Assembly: GCA_036478295.1 (NCBI GenBank)
Contig: JAZGDW010000282.1
Span: forward strand, 1-10,770
From: Candidatus Krumholzibacteriia bacterium
Lineage (GTDB): Bacteria > Krumholzibacteriota > Krumholzibacteriia > WVZY01
Direction: 5' to 3'
DNA: 10,770 bases
The position numbers and the translations under genes were made by a program. The notes beneath the pieces are model-generated. The model saw only the letters and a list, made by a program, of their open reading frames with translations. It had not been told where the DNA came from and did no database searches. Shown here piece after piece: positions 6,322 to 10,770 of this stretch (the first letter of the stretch is position 1; each line of letters begins with the position of its first letter).

Positions 6322-6912
6322 TTAGCGTTCGTCTCGAAACCACTTGGCTTCGAGACAATTCCTCAACTTGGTTCGTGCCCGGTGTAGTATCACCCAAAGA
6401 TTGGTCGGGGTGATGTCGAGAATCTTACATATCTCGTCAGTCTTCAAACCGTCCAACTCGCGTAACGAGAAGGCTCTACGGAAAGTCTCCTGGAGTCCGT
6501 CGAGACAGCCGGTGAATACACCCCAAAACTCCTTGTTATTAAACACGTTATCTGGATTATCGTCCCAGGCCTGCGGACGATTTTTCCACGTCCACATGCC
6601 GAAGCGGTGATAGACCTGCTCTTCGGGCTCCTCTGTAAGTAACGTCAGGTCTGTTGTGGAGACCTCCCGGGAACTTTTTCGGAAATGGTCGATGATCTTA
6701 TGCTTGAGGATGCCCACCAGCCAGGTACGGATCGCGGATCCCCCCTTGAATCGGTCCAGGCCCTGGAGCGCCGAGATAAAAGTCTCCTGTACCATGTCCT
6801 CGGCGACGTGGGGGTCCTTTACGCGAAGCAGCGCAAAGCGGTACAGCACGTCGCCATGCTCGTCGACCCATGTGGCCGGGTTCGGCGTGGATTTTTTTGG
6901 GGAATCGCTCAT
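6322..6912 (-). CDS. ECF RNA polymerase sigma-70 factor (TIGR02943 / ECF13-like)
   Basis: Start re-called at ATG 6912 (MSDSPKK..., 196 aa); no clear SD, so the start is less certain. Region 2: AEDMVQETFISA..RFKGGSAIRTWLVGILKHKIIDHFR. Linker: FGMW..RPQAWDDNP..EFW. Region 4: AFSLRELDGLKTDEICKILDITPTNLWVILHRARTKLRNCLEAKWF. Confidence 0.95.
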   Translation of the reverse strand: MSDSPKKSTPNPATWVDEHGDVLYRFALLRVKDPHVAEDMVQETFISALQGLDRFKGGSAIRTWLVGILKHKIIDHFRKSSREVSTTDLTLLTEEPEEQVYHRFGMWTWKNRPQAWDDNPDNVFNNKEFWGVFTGCLDGLQETFRRAFSLRELDGLKTDEICKILDITPTNLWVILHRARTKLRNCLEAKWFRDER

Positions 6913-6985
6913 CAGGACGGCAAAAAACCAGCCATGGTAGTTCTCGATTCGAACAGGCCCTTCATACCCGCTGGAGCGTGGTAGC

Positions 6986-7009
6986 AATATAACATCGCTG
7001 ATTCTACCA
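6986..7009 (-). promoter_or_regulatory. Candidate housekeeping extended -10 promoter(s) for the sigma/anti-sigma operon
   Basis: AT-rich patch with two TGn-type -10 matches on the minus strand: TGgTAGAAT (7009-7001) and TGtTATATT (6994-6986). No good -35 at canonical spacing. Confidence 0.4.
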
Positions 7010-7145
7010 CAAAAGAAACTTTTTGACCCAATGCCGTCAATCGTCAATCGAGGCTTTTCGCAGTGGATTCTGAGCGGGTCGTTGGGTATGATCGCGCTTT
7101 ATCGAGCAGCACCAGGACCCGAGACCCCCCGCATTTGATGGAGCC

Positions 7146-9101
7146 ATGACCGGAGAGAACTCGAAAAGACTCCCCCCCGAAGCGTACGAGCCCTTTCCGG
7201 GGGATCAATACCCAACCTATATCCCCGCTTCGGAAGCGCCCGGTGAGTTTACGCTGCGGAGCATCCTCCTCGGTATTGTCTTTGGGATCATGTTCGGTGC
7301 AGCCAACGCCTATATCGGGTTGAAAGCCGGTCTCACCGTGGCCACGTCGATCCCGATCGCCGTCATGACGGTGGCGTTTTTCCGGGCAACACGAGGGCTG
7401 CTCGGGCGCACCTCGATCCTCGAGCACAATATGTCACAGACGGTGGGGTCGGCGAGCTCATCGCTCGCGTCCGGCGTTCTGTTTACCATACCGGCGTTGT
7501 TTCTGTGGGGCCTCGATCCACACATTCTCAAGATCGCCATCCTCGCCATGTTGGGCGGTTGCCTCGGCGTCCTCAGCATGGTGCCGTTGCGGCGTCTTCT
7601 CATCAAAAACGAGCACGGCACACTGCCGTATCCGGAGGGAACCGCGTGCGCGGAAATCCTTGTGGCAAGTGAAGCGGGTGGATCGCTGGCCAGGAAACTG
7701 TTCATCGGACTTGGTATCGGTGCGGTCTACAAGTTCGGTGTGAGCTTCCTGCACTTGTGGCCGGACAAGTTTATGCAGCCGCTTCCCGTAATCAAGAAAG
7801 CTCTCTTTGGTATCGAAACCACACCGGCGCTTCTCGGCGTGGGGTACATACTCGGCTATCGCATATCCGCCATCATGGTGTCGGGAAGCCTGATCAGCTG
7901 GATGGTTTTGATACCGCTGATTGCCTACTTTGGCGATTACATTCAGCAGCCGCTCTTTCCCGAGACGGAGTTGCTGATCAGTGAGATGGATCCCAAGTTG
8001 ATCTGGACGCGGTACATCCGGTACGTGGGCGCCGGCGGTGTCGCGTTCGGCGGCATCCTGACCATCATCCGGTCGCTTCCCACGATGGTGAAGTCCTTTC
8101 GCATCGGCGTCGCCGAGCTGAAGGCCCGGATGGCCAATCGAATGATTGAAAAGAGCCGCACCGATGACGACGTGTCGTTTCCGTTTCTGCTGAGCGGCGT
8201 CGCCGTGGTGATCGCGATCATCGCGTTCGTGCCGAACATATTCGGGATCGTGGACACGCTGCCGATCCGCCTCGCCGCAGCGGTCTGTATCGCGCTCTTT
8301 AGTTTTCTTTTTGTCGTGGTATCGTCGCGCATCGTCGGTTTTGTCGGTGTCTCGTCGAACCCGACCTCAGGCATGACGATCGCGACGCTCATCGGCACGA
8401 GCCTCCTGTTCTATTTTCTTGGCTGGACCGACATGACCGGCAGGGCGGCGGCCCTGACCATCGGTACAGTTGTCTGCGTGGCGGCCAGTGTCGCCGGCGA
8501 TACCTCGCAGGATCTCAAAACGGGTTTCTTGCTGGGCGCTACACCGAAGCACCAGCAACGGGGCGAGTTGATCGGCGTCCTCACCTCGGCAATATTTGTA
8601 GCGGGCGCGGTCATCGTTCTGCACAAACAGTACGGGGTCGGGTCCGAAGATCTGCCCGCGCCACAGGCGATGCTGATGAAGACGGTTATCGAGGGCATCC
8701 TGTCGGCGGATCTCCCGTGGGCGCTCGTGATTACCGGCGGCATGCTGGCGCTGATCGCCGAGCTAATGGGCGTACCCGCACTGCCCTTCGCAGTGGGACT
8801 CTACCTGCCGCTCTCGACGCTGAGTCCGATATTTGTGGGCGGCGTGTTGCGGCGGTTCGTCGAGGCGCGTGCCGACGGCGGGGGCGATCTGCACGAGGTC
8901 CGCGAGCGCGGCATCCTCTTCGGCTCGGGGCTGATCGCCGGGGAAGGGCTAACGGCGGTGGGGGTCTCCGCATTCGCTTTTCTTGCCAACCGCAAGCCCG
9001 GGGGGATCGGGCACGAGTGGATGGGCCCCTTTGGTTCCTACATTTCGCTGTTGCTCTTTATCGGACTTGGGTATCTACTAGTTCGTTCTACACGCAAGTG
9101 A
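7146..9101 (+). CDS. OPT-family oligopeptide transporter
   Basis: 651 aa with many transmembrane segments. Motifs: EFTLRSILLG, NAYIGLKAGLTVATSIPIAV, ILEHNMSQTVGSA, LPYPEGTACAEIL, SNPTSGMTIATL, GDTSQDLKTGFLLGATP, PAPQAMLM, SGLIAGEGL. Confidence 0.95.
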   Translation: MTGENSKRLPPEAYEPFPGDQYPTYIPASEAPGEFTLRSILLGIVFGIMFGAANAYIGLKAGLTVATSIPIAVMTVAFFRATRGLLGRTSILEHNMSQTVGSASSSLASGVLFTIPALFLWGLDPHILKIAILAMLGGCLGVLSMVPLRRLLIKNEHGTLPYPEGTACAEILVASEAGGSLARKLFIGLGIGAVYKFGVSFLHLWPDKFMQPLPVIKKALFGIETTPALLGVGYILGYRISAIMVSGSLISWMVLIPLIAYFGDYIQQPLFPETELLISEMDPKLIWTRYIRYVGAGGVAFGGILTIIRSLPTMVKSFRIGVAELKARMANRMIEKSRTDDDVSFPFLLSGVAVVIAIIAFVPNIFGIVDTLPIRLAAAVCIALFSFLFVVVSSRIVGFVGVSSNPTSGMTIATLIGTSLLFYFLGWTDMTGRAAALTIGTVVCVAASVAGDTSQDLKTGFLLGATPKHQQRGELIGVLTSAIFVAGAVIVLHKQYGVGSEDLPAPQAMLMKTVIEGILSADLPWALVITGGMLALIAELMGVPALPFAVGLYLPLSTLSPIFVGGVLRRFVEARADGGGDLHEVRERGILFGSGLIAGEGLTAVGVSAFAFLANRKPGGIGHEWMGPFGSYISLLLFIGLGYLLVRSTRK

Positions 9102-9147
9102 GCGGTAATCCGGTAGGGCACCGGCAACACGATACGGGGGACACTCG

Positions 9148-9816
9148 TTGATGAAACTCGAGAAGGCATTCGATCTGATCTGTTTCGACGTCGACGGCAC
9201 GCTGGTCAAGCACCCCACCGGCATGGTGATCTGGGAAGTGCTGAATATTCGATTCGGCGGGAGCGTGGGACAGAACCGCAAACGATATGCCATGTACCGA
9301 GACGGTAAAATCAGTTATGCTGAGTGGGTCGAGCTCGATATCGAGGACTGGCTGGCCGCGGGGGCGTCAAGAGAGACGATCCTGGAAAGTGTCTCCGAGT
9401 TCGATCTGGTCGATGGTGCACGCGATACCGTGACCGAGCTCGCACTTCGGGGTTTCAAACTGGGCGTCATTTCCGGTACGCTGGATATTGTTCTCGATAC
9501 GCTCTTTCCAGATCATCCGTTTGGCGACGTTTACACCAACAAGATCTATTTTGACAAGGAAGGGCAATTGAGTGCATACGAGGCCACGCCCTACGACGGC
9601 CGTGGCAAACCCGACGCACTGAGAGCGATGGCGGAGAAGCATGGGGTCCCGCTCGCGCGGTGTGCGTTCGTCGGCGACGGTGAGAACGACGTGCCGCTTC
9701 TCGGAGTGCCTGGATGCTTCGTCGCGTATCGTCCCAAGTCGCCGAAGCTGGCAGCCGGAGCGGATATCGTCATCCAGGAGGAGGGACTGCGGTCTCTGCT
9801 CGACGTGTTCCGCTGA
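9148..9816 (+). CDS. HAD-superfamily hydrolase, phosphoserine phosphatase (SerB)-like subfamily IB
   Basis: Motif I FDVDGT, motif II VISG, motif III K (GRGKPD), motif IV GDGEND. Start is TTG 9148 or ATG 9151, after a GGGGGA RBS at 9136-9141. Substrate unknown. Confidence 0.88.
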   Translation: MMKLEKAFDLICFDVDGTLVKHPTGMVIWEVLNIRFGGSVGQNRKRYAMYRDGKISYAEWVELDIEDWLAAGASRETILESVSEFDLVDGARDTVTELALRGFKLGVISGTLDIVLDTLFPDHPFGDVYTNKIYFDKEGQLSAYEATPYDGRGKPDALRAMAEKHGVPLARCAFVGDGENDVPLLGVPGCFVAYRPKSPKLAAGADIVIQEEGLRSLLDVFR

Positions 9817-9898
9817 TACAGGGGGGGCGGGTTATGGCGCCCCACAGCGCTGATGACGTGGTCGTGTTGCGTCACCGCCACGAATAGAAAGAGAAGGT

Positions 9899-10770
9899 AT
9901 GAAGGAAGAACAAATAGAACAAATCGTCGGTCAGGTCCGCGAACTTTTCTCGGGAGAGAAACAACCACTTCCGACGATACTCTTGCGCGAGATTCTGCTG
10001 AATTTTCTCCGGCTCAAGGATGATGATCTCGATACTCTGGACCTCAAGATAATCAACCGGTCGTTCCGGGAGCTCCGCTACGCGTTCAAGGTATTCAAGC
10101 CGTACCGTCATATCCGCAAGGTGTCCATTTTTGGATCCGCGCGCACGCCCGAAGACGACCCATACTACAAGATGGCGGTGGAGTTTGCGCGGCGCCTGGC
10201 GGAGAAGAATTACATGGTCATCACTGGTGCGGCCGACGGCATCATGAAGGCGGGCAACGAAGGTGCCGGCACCGATAAGAGCTTTGGCGTAAACATTCAC
10301 CTGCCCTTCGAGCAGGGGGCCAACGAGTTCATCGTCGACGATCCTAAACTGGTTACCTTTAAATACTTCTTTACGCGCAAGCTCATCTTTGTCATGGAGT
10401 CTCACGCCATCGCGCTTTTTCCCGGTGGCTTCGGAACCCACGACGAAGGCTACGAAACGCTCACGCTGCTGCAGACGGAGAAGGCCAGTCCGCGGCCGTT
10501 CCTGTTGCTGGAGTTGCCCGGCGAGACCTATTGGGAACGCTGGGACAAGTTCGTGAAGGAGCAGCTTCTGCAGAGGGGATTGATCGCGAAAGAAGACGTC
10601 TCTCTCTACAAGATCGTTCGTTCAGCGGAGGAAGCGACCGACGAGATCGAGTTCTTCTATTCAACTTTTCATTCGTTCCGCCAGGTGGGCAGCAAACGCG
10701 TGATTCGCCTGGAGCGCGAATTGCCGGAGAGCGCAATCACGATGCTGAACGAAAAATTTTCCGATATCAT
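9899..10770 (+). CDS. LOG-family (TIGR00730-type Rossmann fold) protein, long form, 3'-truncated
   Basis: Translated by hand from ATG 9899 with no stop before the window end: MKEEQIEQIV...RKVSIFGSART...MVITGAADGIMKAGNEGAG...NIHLPFEQGAN...FKYFFTRKLIF...FPGGFGTHDEGYETLTLLQT. Carries the PGGxGTxDE signature. Confidence 0.93.
   Translation, partial: MKEEQIEQIVGQVRELFSGEKQPLPTILLREILLNFLRLKDDDLDTLDLKIINRSFRELRYAFKVFKPYRHIRKVSIFGSARTPEDDPYYKMAVEFARRLAEKNYMVITGAADGIMKAGNEGAGTDKSFGVNIHLPFEQGANEFIVDDPKLVTFKYFFTRKLIFVMESHAIALFPGGFGTHDEGYETLTLLQTEKASPRPFLLLELPGETYWERWDKFVKEQLLQRGLIAKEDVSLYKIVRSAEEATDEIEFFYSTFHSFRQVGSKRVIRLERELPESAITMLNEKFSDI

Noticed and set aside
6913..7047. 45-aa N-terminal extension of the sigma factor from TTG 7047
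   Set aside because: It spans the AT-rich promoter-like region, and ATG 6912 gives a typical ECF length.
9824..9882. Two small hairpins between the HAD and LOG genes (GGGGCG/CGCCCC and CGTGG/CCACG)
   Set aside because: Short GC stems with no plus-strand U-tract are expected by chance at this GC content, so they are not called as terminators.
9872..10736. Minus-strand ORFs 9872..10441 and 10461..10736
   Set aside because: Both are antisense shadows of the plus-strand LOG gene.

Overview
GC-rich bacterial chromosomal window with nine supportable genes in three blocks. (1) Plus strand, 1-4183: the 3' end of a surface polysaccharide operon (heparinase II/III-like protein truncated by the window start, GT4 glycosyltransferase, AlgD-like GDP-mannose 6-dehydrogenase). 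It is followed by a ~313-bp intergenic element of nested inverted and tandem repeats. (2) Minus strand, 4503-6912: an ECF sigma factor resembling Neisseria sigmaE (ECF13/TIGR02943 type), its zinc-binding anti-sigma, a ~390-bp gap, then a membrane-anchored rhodanese and a MauE/DoxX membrane protein. The gap holds two similar ECF-type promoter motifs (TGTA..ATT-N11/12-CGWCYAA). One sits just after the anti-sigma stop codon and points at a ~165-nt structured, apparently non-coding RNA that ends in an intrinsic terminator. The other sits just before the rhodanese-MauE pair. Together these suggest a compact redox/sulfur-stress regulon with its own sRNA, the most interesting signal here. (3) Plus strand, 7146-end: an OPT-family transporter, a SerB-like HAD hydrolase, and a long LOG-family protein that is missing from the ORF track because it runs off the window. 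All family calls come from motif recognition by eye, with no database searches.
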